A stretch of DNA of 64,000 nucleotides. Source: an uncultured Clostridia bacterium. Its GTDB lineage: Bacteria > Bacillota > Clostridia > TANB77 > CAG-508. Position numbers and translations under genes: made by a program. The DNA is taken from contig CALXQH010000043.1 in assembly GCA_944390525.1 (NCBI GenBank), forward strand, positions 1,988 to 65,987, written 5' to 3'. Shown piece by piece: positions 33,064 through 42,708 of the stretch (within the stretch, counting starts at the first letter, position 1; every line of letters begins with the position of its first letter). Under the pieces are notes generated by a model. The model made no database searches, had not been told where the DNA came from, and saw only the letters and a program-made list of their open reading frames with translations.

Positions 33064-34773
33064 ATGATAGATTTTAAACAAAAAATAGCTGAGCAAATAA
33101 GTAAAATAACAAATATATTACTAGAAGAAATTATACAATATATAGAAATACCAAGCAATGAGGAAATGGGAGACTTTTCTTTTCCTTGTTTTAAATTAGC
33201 AAAAGAATTAAAAAAAGCCCCACAAATTATAGCACAAGAAATAAAAGAAAACATTAAACTTGAAAAAGATTTTATACAAAAGATAGAAGTAGTAAATGGC
33301 TATTTAAATTTTTATATTATGCCACAAAAATATATATCAAATGTACTGACTGAAGTTTCAAACAAACAAGAAGACTATGGGAAAAGTACTATTGGTAATG
33401 GAAAGAATATTGTAATAGACTACTCTTCGCCTAATATAGCCAAACCATTTCATATTGGTCATTTACGTTCAACTGTAATAGGAAGTGCCATATATAAAAC
33501 ATATAAGTATTTAGGTTACAATTGTATTGGAGTTAATCATTTAGGAGACTATGGGACTCAATTTGGAAAGTTAATTGAAGGATATAAAAGATGGGGGCAA
33601 GAATACAATATTGAAGAAAATACAATTGATGAACTTACTAAAATTTATATTAGAATAAATGAACTTTGCAAAGAAAATGAAAATATTTTAGAAGAATGTA
33701 GAAATAATTTTAAAAAGCTAGAAGATGGAGACCCTTATTGTGTAGAATTATGGACTAAATTTAGAGACCTTAGCTTAAAAGAATTTCAAAAAGTTTATGA
33801 TTTATTACAGGTACAATTTGATTCTTGGAATGGAGAAGCCTTCTACTCTGACAAAATGCAAGAAATAGTAGATATATTAAATAAAAAACAATTATTAAAA
33901 TTATCTGAAGGAGCAATGATAGTTGATTTAGAAGATAAAGAAATGCCACCTTGTATTATTGAAAAAACAAATGGCTCTACTACATATGCTACTAGAGATT
34001 TAGCGGCAATAGTATACAGAGCTAGAACATATAATTTTGAAAAAAACATATATGTAACTTCTTATGAGCAAATATTACACTTTAAGCAAATATTTGAAGT
34101 TGCAAAATATTTAGATCTAAATAAAAAATATACTGATGGATTAATACATATTCCATTTGGTATGGTTCAACTAAAGTCTGGCAAAATGTCAACAAGAGAA
34201 GGCAATATTATAAAGCTTGAGGATTTATTAAAAGAAGCAATTAGCAGAGCAGAAAAAATTATAGATGAGAAAAATCCAAAATTAGAAAACAAACAAGAAA
34301 TTGCTAAAAAAATTGGTATTGGAGCTGTTATATTTAATGATTTATATAATAGCAGAATTAAAGATGAAATATTTGACTGGGATACTATGCTTAATTTCAA
34401 TGGAGAAACAGGACCATATATACAATATATTTATGTAAGAACTAAAAGTTTAATAGAAAAAGCTGGATATATGCCAAATATATCAGAAATTGATTTTTCT
34501 AAATTAGAAGATACTTTTTCTTTAAGAATAATTAAATTAATATATTCTTTTGAAGATATTTTAAAACAGTCTGCAGAAAAATATGAACCATATATTATAG
34601 CAAGATATTTAATAAAACTAGCGCAAACGTTTAGTAGCTTTTATAATGAAAACAAAATAATAGGAGAATCAAAAGCTATTCAAGATGCCAGATTATATTT
34701 GACTTATTCTACTGGATTGGTATTAAAAATAGGTGCAAAATTATTAGGAATTGATATGCCAGACAGAATGTAA
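33064..34773 (+). CDS. argS: Arginine--tRNA ligase
   Basis: 569 aa with the HIGH motif PFHIGHLRS, class I ArgRS architecture, and a DALR-like C-terminal domain. Confidence 0.9.
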   Translation: MIDFKQKIAEQISKITNILLEEIIQYIEIPSNEEMGDFSFPCFKLAKELKKAPQIIAQEIKENIKLEKDFIQKIEVVNGYLNFYIMPQKYISNVLTEVSNKQEDYGKSTIGNGKNIVIDYSSPNIAKPFHIGHLRSTVIGSAIYKTYKYLGYNCIGVNHLGDYGTQFGKLIEGYKRWGQEYNIEENTIDELTKIYIRINELCKENENILEECRNNFKKLEDGDPYCVELWTKFRDLSLKEFQKVYDLLQVQFDSWNGEAFYSDKMQEIVDILNKKQLLKLSEGAMIVDLEDKEMPPCIIEKTNGSTTYATRDLAAIVYRARTYNFEKNIYVTSYEQILHFKQIFEVAKYLDLNKKYTDGLIHIPFGMVQLKSGKMSTREGNIIKLEDLLKEAISRAEKIIDEKNPKLENKQEIAKKIGIGAVIFNDLYNSRIKDEIFDWDTMLNFNGETGPYIQYIYVRTKSLIEKAGYMPNISEIDFSKLEDTFSLRIIKLIYSFEDILKQSAEKYEPYIIARYLIKLAQTFSSFYNENKIIGESKAIQDARLYLTYSTGLVLKIGAKLLGIDMPDRM

Positions 34774-34795
34774 AAGTTTAAAGAAAAGAGGTAAG

Positions 34796-35680
34796 ATGAA
34801 AGAGCTAAAAGAAACAATAAAAGAAGCAAAAGACTTAGAATTAAAAAATCAAACAAAAAAATATGATACAGAAATATTGAATAAAAAAACTTCATTTACT
34901 ATATTTGGATTTACTATTACAAAACTATTAGCTTATTTTGTTATTTATAGTATTATAGGATTTATTATAGAAACAGTTTTTGGATTAATTACAAAAGGTG
35001 TTTTAGAAAGCAGAAAGAGTTTCCTTTATGGCCCCTTTTGTGCTATTTATGGTGTTGGGGCTGTTATAATGATAATAGGACTACAAAGATTTAAAAAAAA
35101 TAATTATACATTATTTTTTGGAGGATTTTTAATTGGTTCTATTGTGGAATATATTATTAGTTGGATAGGAGAAATGATTTTTGACATTAAATGGTGGGAC
35201 TATTCTTCTATGCCATTTAACATTAATGGAAGAATTTGTGTATGGTTTTCAATATTTTGGGGAGTATTAGCAATTTATTTAATGAGTCATATTCATCTTA
35301 AAGTAGATAAATTATTAGATAAATTTTCTCCAAAAATATTAAAAATTATTACTATAATATTAATAATTTTTATGTTTTTAGATGCTTGTATTACAGGATT
35401 TGCTCTTAGGATGTTTTTTACAAGATTAGAAAATGAAAATAATTTAGAATTGCAAGGTGTAAACCTATATTTAAAAGAATATACACAATTATATCAAAAT
35501 CCAGATGTAAAAAAGGTAGTTGATACCTTTTTTACAGATAAAATAATGCTAAAAACATTTCCAAATATTAAAGTAACAGGAAAAGATGGAGAGATAATTT
35601 GGGTAAGAGATATTTTAAAAGATATACAACCATATTATATTAGAATATTTACACCAAAAGTGTCTAGACAAGTTGTATAA
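34796..35680 (+). CDS. Polytopic membrane protein (possibly of the putative ABC-transporter type IV / CmpB-like family)
   Basis: 6-7 TM helices and the YGPFCAIYG motif. The family assignment is from memory and carries low certainty. Confidence 0.4.
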   Translation: MKELKETIKEAKDLELKNQTKKYDTEILNKKTSFTIFGFTITKLLAYFVIYSIIGFIIETVFGLITKGVLESRKSFLYGPFCAIYGVGAVIMIIGLQRFKKNNYTLFFGGFLIGSIVEYIISWIGEMIFDIKWWDYSSMPFNINGRICVWFSIFWGVLAIYLMSHIHLKVDKLLDKFSPKILKIITIILIIFMFLDACITGFALRMFFTRLENENNLELQGVNLYLKEYTQLYQNPDVKKVVDTFFTDKIMLKTFPNIKVTGKDGEIIWVRDILKDIQPYYIRIFTPKVSRQVV

Positions 35681-35780
35681 ATAAAAAATATTAAAATTCA
35701 TACTATAAAAATATTCACCAAGAAATAAAAATAGTATATAATGTAGTAAAAGTATAACTTTATAATAAAGAAAGGGGGAT

Positions 35781-35810
35781 ATGTTAGCGATTAAGCCTAA
35801 CATAAACTAA
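35781..35810 (+). other. 9-codon upstream ORF (MLAIKPNIN) with a strong SD, abutting the glmM start
   Basis: aaggggga SD, then 5 nt, then ATG. The sequence runs stop TAA, then TAA, then the glmM ATG. glmM itself has no SD. Confidence 0.35.
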
Positions 35811-35813
35811 TAA

Positions 35814-37178
35814 ATGAGAAAATATTTTGGAACAGATGGAATTAGAAGAATTGCTAATACTGAACTATCACCAAGTTTAGTATATCGTGTAGCTAAAGCA
35901 GGAGCATATGCTTTAGCAAAACATACAAATCATATACCAACAATATTAATAGGTAGAGATACAAGAATTTCTGGTACTTTAATAGAAAGTGCTATGACAG
36001 CAGGATTTTTAAGCTATGGAGCAAATGTTAAAAGCTTAGGAGTTATACCAACACCAGCAGTAGCATATTTAACCAAAAAATTAAAAGCAGATGCAAGTGT
36101 TGTTATTTCAGCATCACACAATACATATGAATTTAATGGAGTAAAATATTTTAGTAACAAAGGAATGAAAATTCCAGATGAAATAGAAGAAGAAATTGAA
36201 GAAATGATGGATTCTGAAAAATTAAATGATTTCACAGCAGTTAATGATAAAATAGGAACAGCGGAAGTAAGAACAGATCTTTTAGATGAGTATGTATATT
36301 TCTTTAGAAAAAATTTTGAAGAAGAATTTGAAAACTATAATACTAGTGATTTTGTAGTTGCAATAGATACTGCAAATGGAGCTACATCAGTAGTAGCTGA
36401 AAAAGTATTTACAGCTTTGGGTATAAAACATTATATAATGAACAATACACCAAATGGATTAAATATTAATGAAAATTGTGGTTCTACACATTTAGATATG
36501 TTAAAAAAATATGTAGTAGAAAACAACTGTAATTTAGGAATAGCTTATGACGGAGATGGAGATAGATGTTTAGCTGTTGATGAAAATGGAAATGAAATTG
36601 ATGGAGACAGATTATTAGCTATTATTTCAAACTATATGAAAGAAAAAGGTACATTAAAAAATAACACAGTAGTTGCAACAGTAATGAGTAATCTAGGACT
36701 AAAAAAATATGCTCAAAAGAATAATCTAAATTTTGTTGAAACTAAAGTTGGAGATAGATATGTTTTAGAAGAAATGTTAAAAAATAATTACAATATAGGT
36801 GGAGAGCAATCTGGACATATTATTTTCCTAGACTATAATCCTACAGGTGATGGAATTTTAACATCTTTAATGCTTATAAGAGTAATGCTTGAGAAACAAA
36901 AAAAAGCATCTGAATTATGTAAAATAATAAATATATATCCACAAGTACTTATTAATGCTAAAGTATGTAATGATAAAAAAGAAAAATATAAAGAAGATAA
37001 AGAAATACAAACTGAAATAAAAAAACTAGAAGAAGAGTTTTCAGAAAATGGTAGAGTTTTAATAAGACCATCAGGAACTGAACCATTGATAAGAGTCATG
37101 ATAGAAGGAGAAAATCAAGAATATATAAAAACTAAAGCAGAAAAATTATCAAAAATTATTGAAAAAAAGTTGAGTTAA
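35814..37178 (+). CDS. glmM: Phosphoglucosamine mutase
   Basis: N-terminal MRKYFGTDGIRR. Contains the active-site serine motif SASHNTYEFNGVK and the phosphohexomutase domains. Confidence 0.85.
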   Translation: MRKYFGTDGIRRIANTELSPSLVYRVAKAGAYALAKHTNHIPTILIGRDTRISGTLIESAMTAGFLSYGANVKSLGVIPTPAVAYLTKKLKADASVVISASHNTYEFNGVKYFSNKGMKIPDEIEEEIEEMMDSEKLNDFTAVNDKIGTAEVRTDLLDEYVYFFRKNFEEEFENYNTSDFVVAIDTANGATSVVAEKVFTALGIKHYIMNNTPNGLNINENCGSTHLDMLKKYVVENNCNLGIAYDGDGDRCLAVDENGNEIDGDRLLAIISNYMKEKGTLKNNTVVATVMSNLGLKKYAQKNNLNFVETKVGDRYVLEEMLKNNYNIGGEQSGHIIFLDYNPTGDGILTSLMLIRVMLEKQKKASELCKIINIYPQVLINAKVCNDKKEKYKEDKEIQTEIKKLEEEFSENGRVLIRPSGTEPLIRVMIEGENQEYIKTKAEKLSKIIEKKLS

Positions 37179-37233
37179 TTTATAAATATATGTTATAATT
37201 CATATATAAAAAATAAACAAAGGAGGAGATATA

Positions 37234-37572
37234 ATGCCAATTATTAATTTTACAAATCCAGTATCTATTCTTATAGGAGTAATATTATTTGTGTTAGTTT
37301 TATATTTAGCCAAAGAAACAAAAAAAGCCTGGATTGCAGGTGCAATGCTATTTGGATATTTAGCAGTTTTAGTAGGACACACTATAGAATTTGTGGTTTT
37401 AGGATCTCAAAATCAAGAAATTTATAATGCAATAGTTACTTCAGCTACAATGGATTTAATATTTGTTTTTCTATCTTTTATTTCATATTTATGGATTGAT
37501 GATATACAAGCTAAAGAAGGAAAGAGAAAGAGTATTGATAATAGTTTAGACTGGTTTTGGAACAAGATTTAG
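37234..37572 (+). CDS. Small membrane protein (112 aa, 3 TM)
   Basis: RBS aaggagg upstream and a hydrophobic profile. Confidence 0.3.
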   Translation: MPIINFTNPVSILIGVILFVLVLYLAKETKKAWIAGAMLFGYLAVLVGHTIEFVVLGSQNQEIYNAIVTSATMDLIFVFLSFISYLWIDDIQAKEGKRKSIDNSLDWFWNKI

Positions 37573-37590
37573 GTTTAAAATTTATAAAAT

Positions 37591-37651
37591 TAGAATTCAT
37601 TTAAAATATTATTACATAGGAATATGTAACTTTATATTTTAATGAATTCTA
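37591..37651 (+). promoter_or_regulatory. Long near-perfect hairpin with a GGAA (GNRA) tetraloop in the metG leader. No T-run follows it.
   Basis: tagaattcatttaaaata..ttacata-ggaa-tatgtaa..tatattttaatgaattcta. Confidence 0.4.
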
Positions 37652-37699
37652 AATACTTAAATAAAGAACTAATTATTTCTTTAAGAAGGGGATTAAAAC

Positions 37700-39265
37700 A
37701 TGCAAAAATTTTATTTAACAACGCCTATTTATTATCCAAGTGGAAAATTTCATATAGGAACAGCATATACTACAGCTCTTGCTAACACAATAAAAAAATA
37801 TAAGCAAGAACGTGGATTTGAAGCATATTTGCTTACTGGAATGGACGAGCACGGACAAAAAATACAAAAAGTAGCTGAAGCTAATGGAAAAACTCCACAA
37901 GAACATGTTGACAAAATGGCAGAAGAAGCAAAAAAATTATGGTCTTTAATGGAAATAGAATATGATGATTTTATTCGTACTACTGAAGAAAGACATACAA
38001 AAGTAGTAGAAAAAATTTTTGACAGATTAATGGAACAAGGAGATATATATAAATCAGAATATGAGGGATGGTATTGTATGCCTTGTGAAACATACTTTAC
38101 CGAAACACAATTAATTGATGGTAAATGTCCAGATTGTGGTAGAGAAGTTAAAAAAATGAAGGAAGAATCATACTTCTTTAATATGAAAAAATATGCAGAC
38201 AGACTTATTAAATTTTATTATGAAAATCCTAACTTTATACTACCAGAGTCTAGAAAAAATGAATTATTTAATAATTTTTTAAAACCAGGTTTAGAAGATT
38301 TATGTGTAAGCCGAACAAGTTTTGACTGGGGAGTAAAAGTAAAAAAAGATCCAAAACATGTAGTATATGTATGGTTAGATGCATTAACAAACTATATTAC
38401 TGCTCTTGGTTATTTATCAGAAAATGATAGCTTAATGGAAAAGTATTGGCCAGCTGATTTGCACCTTGTTGGAAAGGATATTATTCGCTTTCATGGATTA
38501 TATTGGCCTATTTTCTTAATGGCTTTAGATTTACCATTACCAAAGCAAATTTATGCACATGGATTTATAATGATGAAAGATGGCAAAATGTCTAAATCTA
38601 AAGGAAATGTTATTTATCCAGAACCTTTAATTGAAAGATATGGTTTAGATACTTTCAAATATTTTATTTTAAGAGAGATGTCATATGGACAGGATGGCAC
38701 ATTTACACCAGAAGGATTTGTTGAAAGATATAATTTTGATTTATGCAACGACTTAGGAAATCTTTTAAATAGAACTATTGGAATGATTAATAAATACTTT
38801 AATGGAGATATAACTTCATATCCAAACATTATATCAGATTTAGATAAAGAAATAGAAAAATTTTCAGATGTTTCAATACATGAAATAGAAGAATATTTTG
38901 ATACTTATCATATTAGCAATGCTATAGCAGAAACTTGGAATTTAGTATCTAGAACTAATAAATATATTGATGAAACAGCGCCTTGGATATTATTTAAAGA
39001 AGAAAAATATGAAGCTTTAAAATCTGTTATGTATCATTTAGTAGAAAGTTTGCGTAGAATAGCTATTTTAATTAAACCATATATGAAACATACTTCTAAA
39101 AAAATATTACAACAACTTAACATTCCAGAAGAATTACAAACTTGGAACAGTTTAACTGATTACAACAAATTAAAAAATATAAAAGTAACAGATAAACCAG
39201 AAGTCTTATTTGCTAGATTAGAAACAGAAACTGAAGTTGAAGAAATAAAAAATATGATGAAATAA
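37700..39265 (+). CDS. metG: Methionine--tRNA ligase (short form, no C-terminal tRNA-binding extension)
   Basis: The HIGH-region variant GKFHIGTAYT, the KMSKS motif, and a CxxC...CxxC zinc knuckle. Confidence 0.9.
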   Translation: MQKFYLTTPIYYPSGKFHIGTAYTTALANTIKKYKQERGFEAYLLTGMDEHGQKIQKVAEANGKTPQEHVDKMAEEAKKLWSLMEIEYDDFIRTTEERHTKVVEKIFDRLMEQGDIYKSEYEGWYCMPCETYFTETQLIDGKCPDCGREVKKMKEESYFFNMKKYADRLIKFYYENPNFILPESRKNELFNNFLKPGLEDLCVSRTSFDWGVKVKKDPKHVVYVWLDALTNYITALGYLSENDSLMEKYWPADLHLVGKDIIRFHGLYWPIFLMALDLPLPKQIYAHGFIMMKDGKMSKSKGNVIYPEPLIERYGLDTFKYFILREMSYGQDGTFTPEGFVERYNFDLCNDLGNLLNRTIGMINKYFNGDITSYPNIISDLDKEIEKFSDVSIHEIEEYFDTYHISNAIAETWNLVSRTNKYIDETAPWILFKEEKYEALKSVMYHLVESLRRIAILIKPYMKHTSKKILQQLNIPEELQTWNSLTDYNKLKNIKVTDKPEVLFARLETETEVEEIKNMMK

Positions 39266-39295
39266 ATTTTATATAGTTATAGAGGAATTATAGAA

Positions 39296-39787
39296 ATGAA
39301 AGAAATAATTATTATAAATGGAAATGGTGGAGTAGGCAAAGATTCATTTATAGAATTTTGCAAAGAATATGCTCCAACTAAGAATATATCTTCTGTAGAT
39401 AAAGTAAAAGAAGCAGCAAAAATACTTGCAGGTTGGAATGGAGAAAAAGATGAAAAATCAAGAAAATTTTTATCTGATTTAAAAATTTTAAGCATAGAGT
39501 ATAATAATGCCCCTTTAAAATATATAAAAGATATGGCAGAAAAATTTAAAAAATCAAGTGATCAAATAATGTTTATTCATATTAGAGAAAAGGAAGAAAT
39601 AAAAAAATGTAAAGATTTATTAAATGCAAAAACTTTATTAATTACTAATAAAAAAGTAAAAGCTATAACAACTAATATATCAGACAGAGATATTGAAAAA
39701 TTTAATTATGATTATTATATTAATAATGATGGAACTTTAGAAGAATTGAGAGAAAAGGCGAGGAAATTTGTTAAAAAATTAAACTAG
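39296..39787 (+). CDS. Small P-loop NTPase / nucleotide kinase-like protein
   Basis: Walker A-like GNGGVGKDS. 163 aa. Follows metG by 30 nt with no terminator between them. Confidence 0.4.
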   Translation: MKEIIIINGNGGVGKDSFIEFCKEYAPTKNISSVDKVKEAAKILAGWNGEKDEKSRKFLSDLKILSIEYNNAPLKYIKDMAEKFKKSSDQIMFIHIREKEEIKKCKDLLNAKTLLITNKKVKAITTNISDRDIEKFNYDYYINNDGTLEELREKARKFVKKLN

Positions 39788-39788
39788 A

Positions 39789-39823
39789 AAAATACTAACT
39801 ACAAAAAGTAGTTAGTATTTTTT
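39789..39823 (+). terminator. Rho-independent terminator
   Basis: aaatactaactac-aaaaa-gtagttagtattt followed by T-run. Confidence 0.65.
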
Positions 39824-39898
39824 TAGTTTAATAAATTAAAAGAACAACAAATGTATTACTTACATATTATATAGCAAAAACTTTTTACGAGGTGTAAT

Positions 39899-40183
39899 AT
39901 GAAAAAAAGCAAAATAAAAATAAATATTGCTGAAAAAGAATTATATTACAAAGGAGAAGTAATAGTAAAATATGTAATAAAATATCCTGAAATAATATTA
40001 TGTGAATCTGAAGAAAAGAAAATCAAATTTAATTATGCAAATAGACAAAAAGCTTTAATGTTAAAAAAATTTGCAGAAGGAGAGTTCTATAATGAAGCAA
40101 AAGAAATGTATGATTTTAATAAATTAAATGGACACTCTACAATGATATATGAATTAATAAAAGACATAGAAATTAAAAAGTAA
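39899..40183 (+). CDS. Hypothetical protein (94 aa)
   Basis: ORF only, with a weak SD. Confidence 0.3.
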   Translation: MKKSKIKINIAEKELYYKGEVIVKYVIKYPEIILCESEEKKIKFNYANRQKALMLKKFAEGEFYNEAKEMYDFNKLNGHSTMIYELIKDIEIKK

Positions 40184-40305
40184 GATATACATATCTAGAT
40201 AAGCATTCAAAACAAAGAAAAAATCAAAAGAAAAGGAATAAAAAATTAAAATGATGAATGTAAATTTAGAACAGCATATCTTACCATACAAGAAATTAAA
40301 AGAAA

Positions 40306-40413
40306 TTATTTGCAACTATTATTTTTTTCGTTGTTATTATTTCTTTCATTTTTATTTTTATTATTGTTTTTACTATTATTTTTGTTGTTTTGTTTGTTTT
40401 GATTTTCTGACAT
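40306..40413 (-). CDS. Unannotated micro-ORF of 35 aa, Asn/Lys-rich (MSENQNKQNNKNNSKNNNKNKNERNNNNEKNNSCK)
   Basis: Strong SD ggagg 8-9 nt upstream of the ATG on the minus strand. It is divergent from cmk. The plus strand here is an extreme T/G-rich tract. Confidence 0.3.
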   Translation of the reverse strand: MSENQNKQNNKNNSKNNNKNKNERNNNNEKNNSCK

Positions 40414-40531
40414 AAAAAGCACCTCCATTTCCTTATTTACACTATTATTGTAAACACAATTTTAAAAAAATATTCAAAAAAACAAAAAAGTATAGTATAA
40501 TAAATGTGAAAATTAATTGAAAGGAAAAAGT

Positions 40532-41221
40532 ATGAATAATATAGTAATTGGAATTGAAGGATATGTAGGAGCAGGAAAAAGTGCAATTTGTAAAGAATTA
40601 TTAAATCACATACCAAATAGTATAATTTTAGAAGGGGGAAATTTATATAGAGCAATAGTATATAGTTTGTTGAAATCTGGAATTGATTTATCCGAATTAA
40701 AGAAAAATATGTTACAAACAGATATAAAAGCTATAATGGATAATTTAAAGATTCAAATAGTAATAGAAAATAGACAAACTGCAATTTATGTAGATGATAA
40801 AAAAATAGAAGAAGAAGATTTGCAATCAGCAAATTCTTCTATAGCTGTTTCGGAAATAGGAACTATAGCAAATAACCAAAGACTATATACTTTTGGAAGA
40901 AACTTAATAAATAACTTTAGTCAAAAATATAACATAATAGTTTCAGGAAGAGCCTTAATGGAAATATATCCTAATTTAGACTATCACTTTATGATTACAG
41001 CTTCTTTAGATGAACGTATTAGAAGAAAAAGCATCCAATATAAAAATAAAATAAATTTAGAAGAACTAAAATTAAATATACAAAAGAGAGATGAGTTACA
41101 AGAAAAGGCCGGTTATTATAAAATATATGATAAAACTATTTTAATTGATATAACCGACTGTAAAACTGTTAAGGATTCTGCTAATAAAGTTTTACAATTT
41201 ATTAAATTTATTAAAAATTAA
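40532..41221 (+). CDS. cmk: Cytidylate kinase family protein
   Basis: P-loop GYVGAGKS, GGNLYRA, and SGRALMEIYPNLDYHFMITASLDERIRRK resembling Cmk motifs. The start was chosen at the ATG with RBS aaagga. Confidence 0.65.
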   Translation: MNNIVIGIEGYVGAGKSAICKELLNHIPNSIILEGGNLYRAIVYSLLKSGIDLSELKKNMLQTDIKAIMDNLKIQIVIENRQTAIYVDDKKIEEEDLQSANSSIAVSEIGTIANNQRLYTFGRNLINNFSQKYNIIVSGRALMEIYPNLDYHFMITASLDERIRRKSIQYKNKINLEELKLNIQKRDELQEKAGYYKIYDKTILIDITDCKTVKDSANKVLQFIKFIKN

Positions 41222-41235
41222 AGGGGAAATCAATA

Positions 41236-42636
41236 ATGCCATATATAAATAAAAAATTAAATGAATTTGAAAATTATATAAGAGGAAAGAAAGTAGCAGT
41301 AATAGGATTAGGAATAAGTAATATACCTTTAATAGACTATTTTTATAAATTAGGTGCAAAAGCAGCGTTTTTTGATAAACACTCTATTGATAAAATAGAC
41401 AAAAATATAATAGAAAAAATACATAAATATAATTTTGATTTATTTTTAGGAGAAAATAGTTTAAAAAATTTGAAGGGGTTTTCTATTATTTTTCGTTCTC
41501 CAAGCTGCAGACCAGACACTCCAGAAATTATAGCAGAAGTACAAAAAGGTGCTGTACTTACATCTGAAATAGAAATGCTAATGCAAACTTGTCCAGGAAC
41601 AATTATTGGAATTACAGGTAGTGATGGTAAAACTACTACAACAAATTTAATATACAACATAATAAAAGAAAGTGGCAGAAATTGTTATTTGGGAGGAAAT
41701 ATAGGATTTCCGTTATTTACTAAAGTAAATCAAATGACACCAGAAGATATTATTGTACTAGAACTTAGTAGTTTTCAACTGATGGATATGCAGGTTAGCC
41801 CACATATAGCTGTTATTACTAATATATCTCCAAATCATTTAGATATTCATAAATCTTATGAAGAATACATAGATTCAAAGAAAAATATTTTTAAAAATCA
41901 AAATAGAAATGATATTTTAATATTAAATTATGATAATGATATTACAAGACAATTTAAAAAAGAGGCAAAAGGTCAAGTTATATATTTTAGCAGAAAAGAA
42001 AAATTGGACGATGGCATAATTTATGACTGTGAAAAAATTAAAGAATGTAAAAATAAGGTTAGAAGACATATTTTAAATGTAAAGAATATTCAGCTAAGAG
42101 GGGTTCATAATTATGAAAATGTGTGTGCTGCAATAGCTGCAACGTCTAGTTTAGTAGAACCTGAAATACAAGTTAGAGCTATAAAAAGTTTTAAAGGTGT
42201 AGAGCATCGTTTGGAATTTGTAAGAGAAATTAATGGAGTAAAATGGTATAATGATTCTATAGGAACATCTCCAACAAGAACTATAGCTGGTCTTAATTCA
42301 TTTAATGAAAAAATTGTTTTAATAGCAGGAGGATATGATAAACATTTAGACTATACACCTATAGCGAAGCCTATTGTAGACAATGTAAGTAAGCTTATTT
42401 TAACGGGAGCAACTGCACAAAAAATAGAAAAAGCAGTTAAAACAAATTTAGAATTACAAAATAAAACAATTCCAATATATCATTGCAATACTTTAAAAGA
42501 AACTGTACAAAAAGCATATGAAATAGCTAATTCAAATGAAATTGTATTATTTTCACCAGCTAGCGCAAGTTTTGACTTATTTAAAAATTTTGAAGATAGA
42601 GGAAATCAATTTAAAAACTTAGTAAATGAGTTATAA
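41236..42636 (+). CDS. murD: UDP-N-acetylmuramoylalanine--D-glutamate ligase
   Basis: GITGSDGKTTTT ATP-binding loop and Mur ligase architecture. 466 aa. Confidence 0.9.
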   Translation: MPYINKKLNEFENYIRGKKVAVIGLGISNIPLIDYFYKLGAKAAFFDKHSIDKIDKNIIEKIHKYNFDLFLGENSLKNLKGFSIIFRSPSCRPDTPEIIAEVQKGAVLTSEIEMLMQTCPGTIIGITGSDGKTTTTNLIYNIIKESGRNCYLGGNIGFPLFTKVNQMTPEDIIVLELSSFQLMDMQVSPHIAVITNISPNHLDIHKSYEEYIDSKKNIFKNQNRNDILILNYDNDITRQFKKEAKGQVIYFSRKEKLDDGIIYDCEKIKECKNKVRRHILNVKNIQLRGVHNYENVCAAIAATSSLVEPEIQVRAIKSFKGVEHRLEFVREINGVKWYNDSIGTSPTRTIAGLNSFNEKIVLIAGGYDKHLDYTPIAKPIVDNVSKLILTGATAQKIEKAVKTNLELQNKTIPIYHCNTLKETVQKAYEIANSNEIVLFSPASASFDLFKNFEDRGNQFKNLVNEL

Positions 42637-42708
42637 TTACTTTTGATATTAGTAACAATTTTTAAGATAAGTACATATGATACACTAAATTTAAAAGGGA
42701 GGTATTAT

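Noticed and set aside
40251-40421. A 56-aa plus-strand Phe/Tyr/Cys-rich ORF (MMNVNLEQHILPYKKLKEIICNYYFF...) in the T/G-rich tract.
   Set aside because: Its SD spacing is poor, 14 nt from aagga. The opposite-strand micro-ORF has an ideal GGAGG spacing. Both cannot be trusted without expression data, and the minus-strand ORF is reported as the likelier one.
40437-40655. A 72-aa minus-strand ORF overlapping the cmk 5' end.
   Set aside because: It is a low-complexity hydrophobic frame. It is antisense to the cmk P-loop region and the promoter.
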